DNA from: a bacterium
GTDB lineage: Bacteria; Patescibacteriota; Doudnabacteria; UBA920; 2-01-FULL-46-14
Assembly (NCBI GenBank): GCA_030700065.1
Contig: JAUYKH010000041.1
Span: forward strand, 4,659-68,658
Direction of reading: 5' to 3'
Length of the DNA stretch: 64,000 nucleotides
Positions 1 to 9,426 of the stretch are shown in pieces (positions within the stretch are counted from its first letter, which is position 1; every line of letters starts with the position of its first letter). A program made the position numbers and the translations under genes. The notes beneath the pieces were generated by a model. That model was not told the origin of the DNA, did not search any database, and saw nothing but the letters and a program-made list of their open reading frames with translations.

Positions 1-2
1 AT

Positions 3-185
3 TTAAAAAATTATTTTGTCATCCTCCCCGAAAACGGCGAAACATTTGATGTCAAAACCCGCTTTGCCAAGTATTTGGAAACTGGCCGGCCGCTTGATGG
101 GGGATTTAGTTATCGCAGCAATAATAATGGTCAATTCTTGACTGCGGAAGAGCTCCAGAAGCTGGTCGAAAATCTTAATTTATGA
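3..185 (+). CDS. pseB: 3' end of probable UDP-GlcNAc 4,6-dehydratase (PseB), truncated by the window edge
   Basis: Manual frame-3 translation LKNYFVILPE...GGFSYRSNNNGQFLTAEELQKL..L* resembles the PseB C-terminus; lies directly before pseC. Confidence 0.6.
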   Translation, partial: LKNYFVILPENGETFDVKTRFAKYLETGRPLDGGFSYRSNNNGQFLTAEELQKLVENLNL

Positions 186-189
186 TGCG

Positions 190-1311
190 ATGATCCCATA
201 TAGCCGACAAACAATTGACCAAAGCGATGTCCGGACAGTGCTTTGGGTTTTAAATTCCGAGTATCTTACGCAAGGACCGAAGATTTTGAAGTTCGAAAAA
301 GCCCTCTCCAGAGCCTACGGCGCGCGTTACGCAGTTGCGGTATCAAGCGGCACGGCGGCTCTGCACTTGGCTTATCTGGCGGCAGGTCTCGAGAAGGGGA
401 ATGAGGTAATTACCACTCCGAATACTTTTGCCGCCACTGCGAATATGCTCCTCGCGGTGGGGGCGAAGCCAATCTTTTGCGATATTCGCCAAGACACCTA
501 CAATGTTGACGAAAAGCAGATAGAAAGATTGATCAATAAAAGGACAAAGGCGATAGTGCCGGTTCACTTTGCCGGACAACCTTGCGACATGGATGCTATT
601 TTGCGAATTGCAAGAAAACACAAGCTGATTGTCATTGAGGACGCCTGTCACGCGCTGGGCGCGAGATACAAGAATCGAAAAATAGGCTCTTTAGGTTCGG
701 ATATGAGTGTGTTTAGTTTTCATGCTGTCAAAGCCATTACGACTGGCGAAGGCGGCGCCATTTTGACAGATAACAAAATTTTTTATCAAAAGCTTTTGCT
801 GCAGCGAACCCATGGGATTTCCAAAAATCACCAAGGGAAGAACATAATGACGACCCTCGGCTATAATTACCGGTTGACAGACATACAGGCGGCTCTGGGA
901 ATTTCTCAACTGCAAAAGCTTGATAAGTTTATAAAGATGCGCCGGCAAATATCCACTTGGTATAGGAGTGAACTCAAAGACTTGCAAGCGGTAATTTTGC
1001 CAAAAGAAGTAAAAGGTAACAATTCCGGATGGCATTTGTATGTGATTCTGCTGAAAAATTCGAGCTTGCGCGATTCGCTTTGGTCTTATTTGAGGGGAAA
1101 AGGCATTGGCGCGAATTTTCATTACCCGGCGGTTTACGGCCACCCTTATTATCGAAAAATCGGATATCAAAAAACGAAACTTCCAGTAATGGAGGATTAT
1201 CAACGCTCTTGCCTGACCCTGCCATGCTACCCCGCGCTTTCGCGCCGACAGGTTGGTTTCATCGCCAGGACAATTAAACAGTTTTTCATAAAGCATGGAA
1301 AAGCTCACTGA
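190..1311 (+). CDS. pseC: PseC-type DegT/DnrJ PLP aminotransferase
   Basis: MIPYSRQ start, LTQGP, SSGTAALH, IEDACHALG, FSFHAVKAITTGEGG, LGYNYRLTDIQAALG. Confidence 0.9.
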   Translation: MIPYSRQTIDQSDVRTVLWVLNSEYLTQGPKILKFEKALSRAYGARYAVAVSSGTAALHLAYLAAGLEKGNEVITTPNTFAATANMLLAVGAKPIFCDIRQDTYNVDEKQIERLINKRTKAIVPVHFAGQPCDMDAILRIARKHKLIVIEDACHALGARYKNRKIGSLGSDMSVFSFHAVKAITTGEGGAILTDNKIFYQKLLLQRTHGISKNHQGKNIMTTLGYNYRLTDIQAALGISQLQKLDKFIKMRRQISTWYRSELKDLQAVILPKEVKGNNSGWHLYVILLKNSSLRDSLWSYLRGKGIGANFHYPAVYGHPYYRKIGYQKTKLPVMEDYQRSCLTLPCYPALSRRQVGFIARTIKQFFIKHGKAH

Positions 1312-2311
1312 CGAGTACCCCTACAACAAAAAACATACCCGACATCAAGCCAACCGACTCGCGGAAATTGAGGGTTATCTTTCGGGGTTTTGGAGGCGGC
1401 CCGCTTTGGTTTTGGGTTCCGCGCGAGCGGTAATTTACCACACCGTGAAGCATTTCGGACTTAAACGTCAGGATCACATTCTGGTGCCCGATTTTTTGTG
1501 CCAGTCAATCCTCAATATTTTGAACACCACGAGTTTCCCCGTGAAATACCCGGATGAGCGAACACGAGCTGTGCTGGTTTTTCACCAGTGGGGCTATCCG
1601 CAGAAAATGGATGAGGTGATGGGCGAGGCAAAGAGGCGCGGGTTTATCGTCGTTGAAGATTGCGCGCACGCGTTCGATTCTAAATACAAGGGCCGTTTGG
1701 TGGGAACCTTTGGCGATGCAGCCGTGTTTAGCTTTGCCAAAATGTTTCCGACTTATTTGGGAGGAGTGTTGCTGTCCGAGAATGAGGAGCTAATGAGGCA
1801 TGTTAGTAAGGAGCGGCAGTTGCGCAATAATTTTTCGAATCGTCTGTTCAATTTTTTCGCGTTCAAGATTGCGAAGCGAAGCTTTGAGAAGGGAAAATCA
1901 AGATTTTGGCTCGACCTCATTTACCTCAAGAGCATCCACTATCTAAATGTCGGCAAAAAGGCGTTGGAATTTTTGCCCTCCGACATTACCGCGTTCACGA
2001 GAGGTTTGTCAGCACGCAGAGCAAACTATCTATATCTTCGCGGTGCCATAAGAAGGGAATATCTGATTCCCGATTGGGAGGATGATATTGAAGCTAACCC
2101 AATACTTATGCCGGTATTTTTACCGAGTGAAAAGTTGCCCGCGGCCAGCCAGACGCTTCTCAAGGCGGGGATACTGGCGGAAGTTTTGCATTTTGACGTG
2201 AATCGCAATGTTTTTGCGGCAAATTACCGGAAGTGCTTGGCCATCCCTTGTCATCAGGAAATTGAAAAAGAGCAGCTTTCCTTAATTGCAGAAACAATTA
2301 ACCGCATTTGA
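1295..2311 (+). CDS. Divergent DegT-like PLP-fold protein
   Basis: VEDCAHAF and GDAAVFSFAKMF motifs; lacks the canonical EGG and NYR motifs. Confidence 0.7.
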   Translation: MEKLTDEYPYNKKHTRHQANRLAEIEGYLSGFWRRPALVLGSARAVIYHTVKHFGLKRQDHILVPDFLCQSILNILNTTSFPVKYPDERTRAVLVFHQWGYPQKMDEVMGEAKRRGFIVVEDCAHAFDSKYKGRLVGTFGDAAVFSFAKMFPTYLGGVLLSENEELMRHVSKERQLRNNFSNRLFNFFAFKIAKRSFEKGKSRFWLDLIYLKSIHYLNVGKKALEFLPSDITAFTRGLSARRANYLYLRGAIRREYLIPDWEDDIEANPILMPVFLPSEKLPAASQTLLKAGILAEVLHFDVNRNVFAANYRKCLAIPCHQEIEKEQLSLIAETINRI

Positions 2312-3049
2312 ATGGGCAATATTCAATTTTTCAATGAGTTAGCTCGCCGGAAGATTTTGTCCAATGCACGGATGGCCTCGCTGGATTTTGGCGTCTATGA
2401 TCGGACCTTTGCTGATATCGATCGAAAAATTGAATTTCTGCCGGGCGATGTGGTTTTGGATTTGGGCGGAGGGACAGGGCAGATTTCGGGTTTGATCGCC
2501 GGAAAGGCAGGTCGCGTCGTTCTCGCGGACGGGGCCGGGGAAGCACTTCGGGCCGCGCGCGAAATTTTAGCCGATTTGCCGAACCTGTCTTTCGTACACT
2601 TGAATATAGAGCAAAGTCCGTTGGTTTTTGCAAACTCTGCTTTCGATAAGATTATATGTTATAGCGTCGTACATTATTTAAAGGATCAAAGCAGTTTCGC
2701 GGCGCTCATCTCCGAAATGCTAAGGATCGTTAAATCTGAAGGCAAGATTTTTATCGGTGATATTCCGCTTTCCGATAAAGGAAAGCGCTATCTTGACGAA
2801 CGAAAGAAGCATTTTTTTCAAAACTTGTTGGGGAACTTGAAATATTATTTTAGGAAATTTTTGACCGCGTTTTTTTACCGCCTGAAAGGAATTCGCGACA
2901 CACAAGTTTCGGGCGTGGTTTATTCGAAGGACGGTATGGAAGAAGTGCTTAGCCGTATCGGGGGTATAAACTATCGCTTCCTCGAACAGGATGCCTCGCT
3001 TCCCTTCGCCAATTCACGTGAAGATTTGTTGATTATCAAAAAACAATGA
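2312..3049 (+). CDS. Class I SAM-dependent methyltransferase
   Basis: VLDLGGGTG motif I; FDKIICYSVVHY. Confidence 0.85.
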   Translation: MGNIQFFNELARRKILSNARMASLDFGVYDRTFADIDRKIEFLPGDVVLDLGGGTGQISGLIAGKAGRVVLADGAGEALRAAREILADLPNLSFVHLNIEQSPLVFANSAFDKIICYSVVHYLKDQSSFAALISEMLRIVKSEGKIFIGDIPLSDKGKRYLDERKKHFFQNLLGNLKYYFRKFLTAFFYRLKGIRDTQVSGVVYSKDGMEEVLSRIGGINYRFLEQDASLPFANSREDLLIIKKQ

Positions 3050-4044
3050 TTTATGAGGTGGAACAACCTAATTTTTTGGATCTTTTGGGCTTTGCGAGGC
3101 CGCGACCCAACAACCCCGATCTCCTAAAGGGGATTACTCTTGTCGGGTCAGGGAAAGGCGCCTTGGCTTTGGTCTTGAGGCACTTGAAAGAACGAGGGGT
3201 TATCAGAAACAAATTGGACGAGATACTTGTTCCAGATTGGCTGGGGTATTGGGTGTATAACCAAATTCAACCCTACGCTTTTCCGGCCAAGCGTTTGTCA
3301 GATCGCACGCGGGCGATATTGGTGTATCATCAATACGGTTTTCCGCAGGACATGGACAAAATAATGGCAACAGCTAGAGAAAAAAATTTGGTCGTCATTG
3401 AAGATTGCGCGCATGCGGTTTTTTCCCATTACCGGGGAAGGCGTTTGGGCTTCATTGGCGATTATTCGATATTTAGCTTTTCCAAGTGGGCGTTTTGTTA
3501 CGCCCTCGGCGGAGTACGGGGAAATGATGAATTTGAGGAATTTGCCAAAGAGGCAATAGGGAATACCGCCTTCGGATTGACAATGTTCAAGGATAGCGCG
3601 AAATGGTTTTATGAAAAAAGCAGACACTCCAAATATGCGAATTATTTGATTCAGATGTCTTATGCCCTCTATGGGCAGGCCCTCAAACCGGGGGCAGCCG
3701 CAGTCCGCCTTTTGAAGGCCAAACTGGAAGCGGAGATTAATTTGCGGCAAAAACGCTACCAGGAGTTCCGTCGAGCAACCGATTCGTCAGGTCTGTGCGA
3801 CCGTTTGGAAAAGGATGGGGTAACGCCTTATGTCATCCCGATACGAGTAAGGTTGGATCGGCAGGAATCCGTCGTCAGCGCGTTGGCCGTAGCCGGCATA
3901 GAATCCGGGATTTATCAATTTGACGCAAACCGCAATTTATTGGCGCCAAATTATATCTCGACCGTTTGGATTCCCTGCCACGGTGGAATATCGGAAAATG
4001 CATTTGCACAAATCATTGAAATTGTAAAAAAAAACAATGAATGA
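3046..4044 (+). CDS. Second divergent DegT-like PLP-fold protein, paralogous to 1295..2311
   Basis: HQYGFPQDMD, IEDCAHA, FSFSKW; shares ILVPD, FDxNRN and IPCH motifs with 1295..2311. Confidence 0.7.
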   Translation: MIYEVEQPNFLDLLGFARPRPNNPDLLKGITLVGSGKGALALVLRHLKERGVIRNKLDEILVPDWLGYWVYNQIQPYAFPAKRLSDRTRAILVYHQYGFPQDMDKIMATAREKNLVVIEDCAHAVFSHYRGRRLGFIGDYSIFSFSKWAFCYALGGVRGNDEFEEFAKEAIGNTAFGLTMFKDSAKWFYEKSRHSKYANYLIQMSYALYGQALKPGAAAVRLLKAKLEAEINLRQKRYQEFRRATDSSGLCDRLEKDGVTPYVIPIRVRLDRQESVVSALAVAGIESGIYQFDANRNLLAPNYISTVWIPCHGGISENAFAQIIEIVKKNNE

Positions 4045-5080
4045 TTTTCGGACAATTTCAATCGAAACTAGCCCGCAGGAGTTCACTGATGTATGGGTGA
4101 AGTTCCAGGCTACGCACGAAACAAGTCCTTACTATCTGCCCACGACCTTGGAATATTTTCGCGCCTACTCCGGGAAGCGTCTTGCGGCAGAACGAAGTTT
4201 TGTCGTGGTTAGGGGGGATGAACCGGTGGCATTAGCCTTCGTTCCGATTGAAGAGGTGAAGGGGAAAAGGAGCATCAGCATCGGACAATATTTTACCCTT
4301 GCTCCTCTCTGGGAGCCTCTAAAAAATCTTTTGGGTTTTGTTATGGCTGAAATTGACCGTATCGCGACAGAAACTAAAGCCGCGAAAGCAATGTTTCGCA
4401 TCGACCTTTTGCAGCACAAACAATATCCCTATAATTTTTTATTGAACTACGATTATTTAAACACCTCACTTTTGGGATATTTGGTTGACTGTGGGAGTCC
4501 GTCCTGGCGGCGCAACCACGAGCGCGCGATTCGAAAAATTTCTTCTAATCCCGATTATTCAGTTTATATTATGGATCAAACCAATAAAGACTATGTTGTT
4601 CACGAACATTACCGCCAATTGCATCACAAAGCCGCAGGCAAGGTAACTCGGAGCAAGGAAAGTTTTGATTTGCAGTATCGGATGCTTGAAGAAGGAAATG
4701 CGATTTTGGTTGGCCTTAAACACAAAGATCGATTTATTGCGTTTACTTACTTTATGTTTTATAAAAACGGCGCTATCTCTTTTTCTGCCGCAGATGATCC
4801 CGAATATAACGAGTTGCCATTGTATCACATTATCAATGCCGAAGGATTAAAGTATTTGCAAAAGCATGGGGTTTTAGAAATGGACATGGGTCAGCCGCTT
4901 AATATCTCAAACCAGCCCTTTAATTTTCCCGATCAAAAACAGAAAAATATCACGCTTTTCAAAACCGGCTTCGAGGGGCGGTTTATGAATGAATTTCGCG
5001 CAATTAAGTATTTCACCAAAGAAACGTTTTTAGAGGACCAGCAAAATTTTTCCAAAAGGTATCAAGAGGCATTGTCATGA
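4037..5080 (+). CDS. GNAT/FemAB-like acyltransferase
   Basis: HHKAAGKVTRS..SFDLQY, LYHII, ITLFKTGF motifs typical of FemAB-like proteins in glycan clusters. Confidence 0.6.
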   Translation: MNDFRTISIETSPQEFTDVWVKFQATHETSPYYLPTTLEYFRAYSGKRLAAERSFVVVRGDEPVALAFVPIEEVKGKRSISIGQYFTLAPLWEPLKNLLGFVMAEIDRIATETKAAKAMFRIDLLQHKQYPYNFLLNYDYLNTSLLGYLVDCGSPSWRRNHERAIRKISSNPDYSVYIMDQTNKDYVVHEHYRQLHHKAAGKVTRSKESFDLQYRMLEEGNAILVGLKHKDRFIAFTYFMFYKNGAISFSAADDPEYNELPLYHIINAEGLKYLQKHGVLEMDMGQPLNISNQPFNFPDQKQKNITLFKTGFEGRFMNEFRAIKYFTKETFLEDQQNFSKRYQEALS

Positions 5081-6024
5081 ACAAAAATACCCCAATTTTA
5101 ATAATAGGTTTTGGTTCAATCGGGCGCAGGCACTACGCGAATTTGTTGAAACTAGGTTATAAGAATGTCTGGGTTTATGATATTAATCAGAGACGAATTA
5201 AGAATTACGAATTAAGAATTACGAAATTGAGTAAGTCGAACCTGCAAAATTTCAAAATAGTATTTGTCTGTTCGCCGAACCACCTGCATTTAAAACATGC
5301 CCTCGCGGCCGTAAAGGCCGGATGTGATCTGTTCATTGAAAAACCGCTGTCGCATAATTTGAAAGGGGTTGCGTGGTTAAGCAAACTGGCACGGAAAAAT
5401 AGGTTAATCAATATGGTTGCGTGTAATATGCGTTTTCATCCGGCTCTCGAGTTTGTCAAAAAATGTTTACAAACTCGAAAACTTGGGAAAATTTATAGCA
5501 TAGCTCACGAATGCGGGCATTATTTACCATTTTGGCGAAAGGCAGAGGATTATCGAAAAAATTACGCAGCCAAAAAATCAACCGGCGGGGGAATTATTCT
5601 GGATGACGTTCACGAATTCGATCTGCTTTTCTGGCTAAACAACTTTTCAGCAGTGAAAAAACGATTTTTGATTTTTGATCACATTTCAGATTTGCGGATT
5701 GAAACCGAGGACATGAGTTTGGCTGGTTACGAGTTTGATAATAAAGTTTTTGGTTTGGTAAAGAGCGATTACCTGCAGAAGTATTACAGTCGAAGCGTAA
5801 AAATTGTCGGTGAAAAAGGTAACTTGATTTGGGATTACAAGGAAAATATCGTTTGGTTTGCTGACGAAAAAAGAAAAAACAAGTTATTGACAATCAAGAA
5901 TTACGATTCAAACGAGATGTATGTCCGCGAGCTAGAATATTTTTTGAACAGCGTACGTACTCGAAAAAAAACCGAAAACGATATAGCCCATGCCCGCACA
6001 GTCCTTAAAAATTGTTTGCCATGA
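5077..6024 (+). CDS. Gfo/Idh/MocA oxidoreductase
   Basis: GFGSIG, SPNHLH, FIEKPL, NMRFHP, GGGIILDDVHEFD. Confidence 0.9.
   Translation: MNKNTPILIIGFGSIGRRHYANLLKLGYKNVWVYDINQRRIKNYELRITKLSKSNLQNFKIVFVCSPNHLHLKHALAAVKAGCDLFIEKPLSHNLKGVAWLSKLARKNRLINMVACNMRFHPALEFVKKCLQTRKLGKIYSIAHECGHYLPFWRKAEDYRKNYAAKKSTGGGIILDDVHEFDLLFWLNNFSAVKKRFLIFDHISDLRIETEDMSLAGYEFDNKVFGLVKSDYLQKYYSRSVKIVGEKGNLIWDYKENIVWFADEKRKNKLLTIKNYDSNEMYVRELEYFLNSVRTRKKTENDIAHARTVLKNCLP
5193..5227. repeat. Heptamer tandem repeat (ACGAATT/AAGAATT, about 5 units) inside a CDS
   Basis: acgaatt aagaatt acgaatt aagaatt acgaaat read directly. Confidence 0.85.
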
Positions 6025-6770
6025 CTAAAACACTTTGTATAATCCAAGCCAGAATGAGTTCCACGCGGCTGCCCGGTAAGGTTTTGAAAGAAGTTAGCGG
6101 GGCAAGTCTTATTGAACATGAAATTCGCAAGCTCAAAATGGCTCGTTTGATTGATAAAATTGTCCTGGCCACGACCACTGGTTCAGAAGACGACAGGCTG
6201 GTGGGTGCGTGCCGCCGGCTGGAAATTGATTGTTTTCGCGGCAGCAAAGATGACGTTTTGGGTAGGTACCTTAAATGTGCGAAGCAGTTTCCAGAGTATG
6301 ACGTAATCATTCGGGCCACTGGCGACTGCCCCCTTATCGATCCTGGTGTCGCAGATAATACAATATTTTTTTTCAAAAGCAATAATTACGATTATGTGAG
6401 CAATTCTAACCCACCGACTTTCCCAGATGGAATGGATATCGAAGTTTTTAGCAGGCAATCTCTTGAAAAAGCCGACCGCGAGGCACAGAAGACGGCCGAG
6501 CGAGAACACGTGACTCTCTATATCAGAGAAAGCGGAAAATTTAAAATCGGCAACTTTATCGGGGATAAAGATTATTCCAAGTACCGCTTGACGGTCGACA
6601 ATCCCGAGGATTTTGAAGTTATAAAGGCTGTGATTGAGAATTTCAACCCCGATTCGACCTTTCTGGATTATATTGATTTTCTTGAAGGGCATCCGGACAT
6701 CATGGCCAAGAACATGTCCATTAAAAGAAATGAGGGCTTAATCAAATCGTTAAATAAAGAGAAAATATGA
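6021..6770 (+). CDS. spsF: SpsF-like cytidylyltransferase
   Basis: IIQARMSSTRLPGKVL, RGSKDDVL, RATGDCPLIDP, FPDGMDIE, REHVT, RLTVD; ATG at 6021 overlaps the upstream stop. Confidence 0.85.
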   Translation: MTKTLCIIQARMSSTRLPGKVLKEVSGASLIEHEIRKLKMARLIDKIVLATTTGSEDDRLVGACRRLEIDCFRGSKDDVLGRYLKCAKQFPEYDVIIRATGDCPLIDPGVADNTIFFFKSNNYDYVSNSNPPTFPDGMDIEVFSRQSLEKADREAQKTAEREHVTLYIRESGKFKIGNFIGDKDYSKYRLTVDNPEDFEVIKAVIENFNPDSTFLDYIDFLEGHPDIMAKNMSIKRNEGLIKSLNKEKI

Positions 6771-8053
6771 AGCGATTCAAGAAAAGCAATAAATTTTTCA
6801 AAAAAGTCAGCCGAGTGATTCCACTTGCGTCTCAAACCTTTAGTAAGAGTTATTTGCAGTTTATCAAGGGGCAAGCGCCTCTGTTCTTGGAGCGCGGGGC
6901 GGGAGCGCGAGTTTGGGATATTGATGGCCATGAGTATATAGATTTTATCAACGGGCTTTTGTCAGTAATTTTGGGTTATCGCTACCCGGCAGTGGACAAA
7001 GCGATTAAAAAGCAGTTGGAACGCGGAATCAGTTTATCCCTTTCCTCGCCCTTGGAATACGAACTGGCCGAGCTTCTAAAAAAACATATCCCATGTGCGG
7101 AAATGGTGCGTTTTGGGAAAAATGGTTCAGATGTAACGAGTGGCGCCGTCCGGTTGGCCCGGGCGGTCACAAAGCGCGACCACATTATAGTTTGTGGTTA
7201 TCACGGGTGGCATGATTGGTATATCGGTTCGACCACGAGACATTTGGGAGTTCCAGAGAGCACTCGGAAGCTTACCCATAAGTTTGTCTATAATAATATT
7301 GACTCACTTGAAAAAATATTGAAGAGATACAAAGGCCAGGTTGCGGCAGTGATCATGGAGCCGATGAGCTATGAAGAACCAAAAGATAACTTCTTGCAAA
7401 AGGTAAAAAAAATCACGCATGAGCATGGGGCTTTGCTTATTTTTGACGAGGTCATCACTGGTTTTCACTTCAGTCTAGGGGGAGCTCAAAAATATTATGG
7501 CGTCACTCCGGATTTGGCCGCCTTTGGCAAGGCCATGGCCAATGGTATGCCGATCGCCGCTTTGGTGGGGCGGCGCAAATACATGCAAAAAGTCGGAGAC
7601 ATATTCTACTCATTTACGTTCGGCGGGGAAGCGCTATCTTTGGCCGCAGCCATTGCCACAATTAAGGAAATGGAGCGTCGAAATGTGATCGGGTATCTTT
7701 GGCGCCTCGGGAAATACTTGCAGGACAACACCAGGGGACTGCTTGCAAAATATGGTCTGGACGTCATCATCAAGGTTGAAGGAAAGCCCTTTTGGCAGGT
7801 GTTTATTATCTCCCAGCATAAAAAATACTCTGGCTTAGAGATTAAAAGCTTCATTCAGCAAGAAGTCTTACAGGCGGGTTTCTTGTGGTATGGACAGCAT
7901 AATATGAGCTTTAGTCATACTCGCCGTGATATTGATAAGCTTTTGGTTGCGTATGATGATATTTTTGGCCGATTGAAAGAATATCTGGAAAGCGACAAGT
8001 TGAGAAGACATCTGAAGGGGAAGCCTATTACGAATATTTTTAAAGTAAGATGA
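6767..8053 (+). CDS. Class III PLP aminotransferase (glutamate-1-semialdehyde aminomutase-like)
   Basis: KNGSD, YHGWHDW, LIFDEVITGF, PDLAAFGKAMANG. Confidence 0.85.
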   Translation: MKRFKKSNKFFKKVSRVIPLASQTFSKSYLQFIKGQAPLFLERGAGARVWDIDGHEYIDFINGLLSVILGYRYPAVDKAIKKQLERGISLSLSSPLEYELAELLKKHIPCAEMVRFGKNGSDVTSGAVRLARAVTKRDHIIVCGYHGWHDWYIGSTTRHLGVPESTRKLTHKFVYNNIDSLEKILKRYKGQVAAVIMEPMSYEEPKDNFLQKVKKITHEHGALLIFDEVITGFHFSLGGAQKYYGVTPDLAAFGKAMANGMPIAALVGRRKYMQKVGDIFYSFTFGGEALSLAAAIATIKEMERRNVIGYLWRLGKYLQDNTRGLLAKYGLDVIIKVEGKPFWQVFIISQHKKYSGLEIKSFIQQEVLQAGFLWYGQHNMSFSHTRRDIDKLLVAYDDIFGRLKEYLESDKLRRHLKGKPITNIFKVR

Positions 8054-8670
8054 AAAATTTACAAGGAAAAGTTATTGTTTTCATTCTGGGCGGGTGGATA
8101 AAAAAAGAGCCGGATGGAACCTGGCATACAGTGGAGTTCGAGGAAGACGCGGAAGAAGTCAGTGGTTTTGGGGGCCGATTGCGGGTTCTGGCTGCGAAGT
8201 ACCTTCTAGACGAGCATCCGGATTATTGGGTCGTGCCTTCGGGTAGTAAAGGGAAATTTGAAAAAATTGAGGATGCACCGACCCTGGCAGAATTAATGAA
8301 AAAGGAGCTTATACAGCTTGGGGTAGGTGAGGCAAAAATCATCAAGGAGGAGAAGGCGGGAACGACTCATCAGGAATTGCAGGAACTTAAAAAAATAGTG
8401 CGCGAATTTGGAGTCAAAAAAGCAATTGTTTTGTCTAATCGCTATCATTTGGCCAGGGTAGAAGCATTTGTCGAAAAAGATGTGGAGTTAAGAGAGCTTG
8501 TTCAACGAAGTATCCTTGAATTTCAGGAGGCAGAAGAGGTGGTATTGAGGCATGACGAGGCATGGGGTCAGAGGATAAAGGATGCCTATGAAAGTGAAAA
8601 AATGAAATCGATTATTGCTAGTGAAAACGAGGGTATAGAGCAGATAAAAAACAGCACTTATAAATACTAA
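8050..8670 (+). CDS. YdcF/DUF218 family protein
   Basis: ILGG, SGSKG, AELMKKELIQLGV, TTHQE, SNRYHLAR. Confidence 0.75.
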   Translation: MKNLQGKVIVFILGGWIKKEPDGTWHTVEFEEDAEEVSGFGGRLRVLAAKYLLDEHPDYWVVPSGSKGKFEKIEDAPTLAELMKKELIQLGVGEAKIIKEEKAGTTHQELQELKKIVREFGVKKAIVLSNRYHLARVEAFVEKDVELRELVQRSILEFQEAEEVVLRHDEAWGQRIKDAYESEKMKSIIASENEGIEQIKNSTYKY

Positions 8671-8676
8671 TCTGTT

Positions 8677-9426
8677 ATGAACAGTCAGGCTAAAAATTTA
8701 CTAATTATTTTCGGAACCTCTGGCGGATTAGGTCGGGCAATTTATGATCATGCCGCGCAATTTCCCGAGAATGATTTTTTGGTCGTAAATCGGAAGGCAT
8801 TGAAGCTTGATCACAAAAATACGGTTTCGGTCCAATTAGATTTGTCCAAAATTTTATCCGCAAGCGAACTGGCTGAATTATTTAGGAAGATTAAGGTTGA
8901 CGGTTACAATAATATTTTTCTGATTAACAACGCGGGGACGATACAGCCGATCAAGCCCCTGGGCCGAATCCAGCACGAAGATATCTTTAAAGCATCTTAT
9001 GTTAATTATTTAAATTACGCGGCAATTATTAACGCGTTTATCAAGTCGTTTGGCAAACTCCCTGGGCAAAAGAGGGTTGTGAATATTACTTCCGGCTCTG
9101 CCGTGTCTCCGCAGTATGGGATTTCGTTATATTGCAGTGCCAAGGCCGCCCTGGAAATGTTGACCATGAGCGTTTACAAGGAACAAGAAATTTTACACGA
9201 GATCAAAATTATGGCGATAAGACCCGGTGCGATGAATACTGCCATGCAGCAGTCAATCAGACAGAGCTCCGCAGAGGACTTTAAGGCGGTTGCACACAGC
9301 AAACAACTATTTGAAGATGACAGGCTGTGTCCGCCAGAAGACGTAGCAAAACGTATTTACAAAGTTTTGTTTGACGATAAGTATTGGTCAAAACCAATTT
9401 TAGAGATAAGCGAGGTAACATTATGA
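8677..9426 (+). CDS. Short-chain dehydrogenase (benzil/sepiapterin reductase-like)
   Basis: GTSGGLG, INNAG, YCSAK catalytic YxxxK, PGAMNTAMQ. Confidence 0.85.
   Translation: MNSQAKNLLIIFGTSGGLGRAIYDHAAQFPENDFLVVNRKALKLDHKNTVSVQLDLSKILSASELAELFRKIKVDGYNNIFLINNAGTIQPIKPLGRIQHEDIFKASYVNYLNYAAIINAFIKSFGKLPGQKRVVNITSGSAVSPQYGISLYCSAKAALEMLTMSVYKEQEILHEIKIMAIRPGAMNTAMQQSIRQSSAEDFKAVAHSKQLFEDDRLCPPEDVAKRIYKVLFDDKYWSKPILEISEVTL

Noticed and set aside
6767-8053. hemL (tetrapyrrole synthesis)
   Set aside because: It sits in a glycan cluster beside spsF with no hem genes; a general class III aminotransferase is more likely
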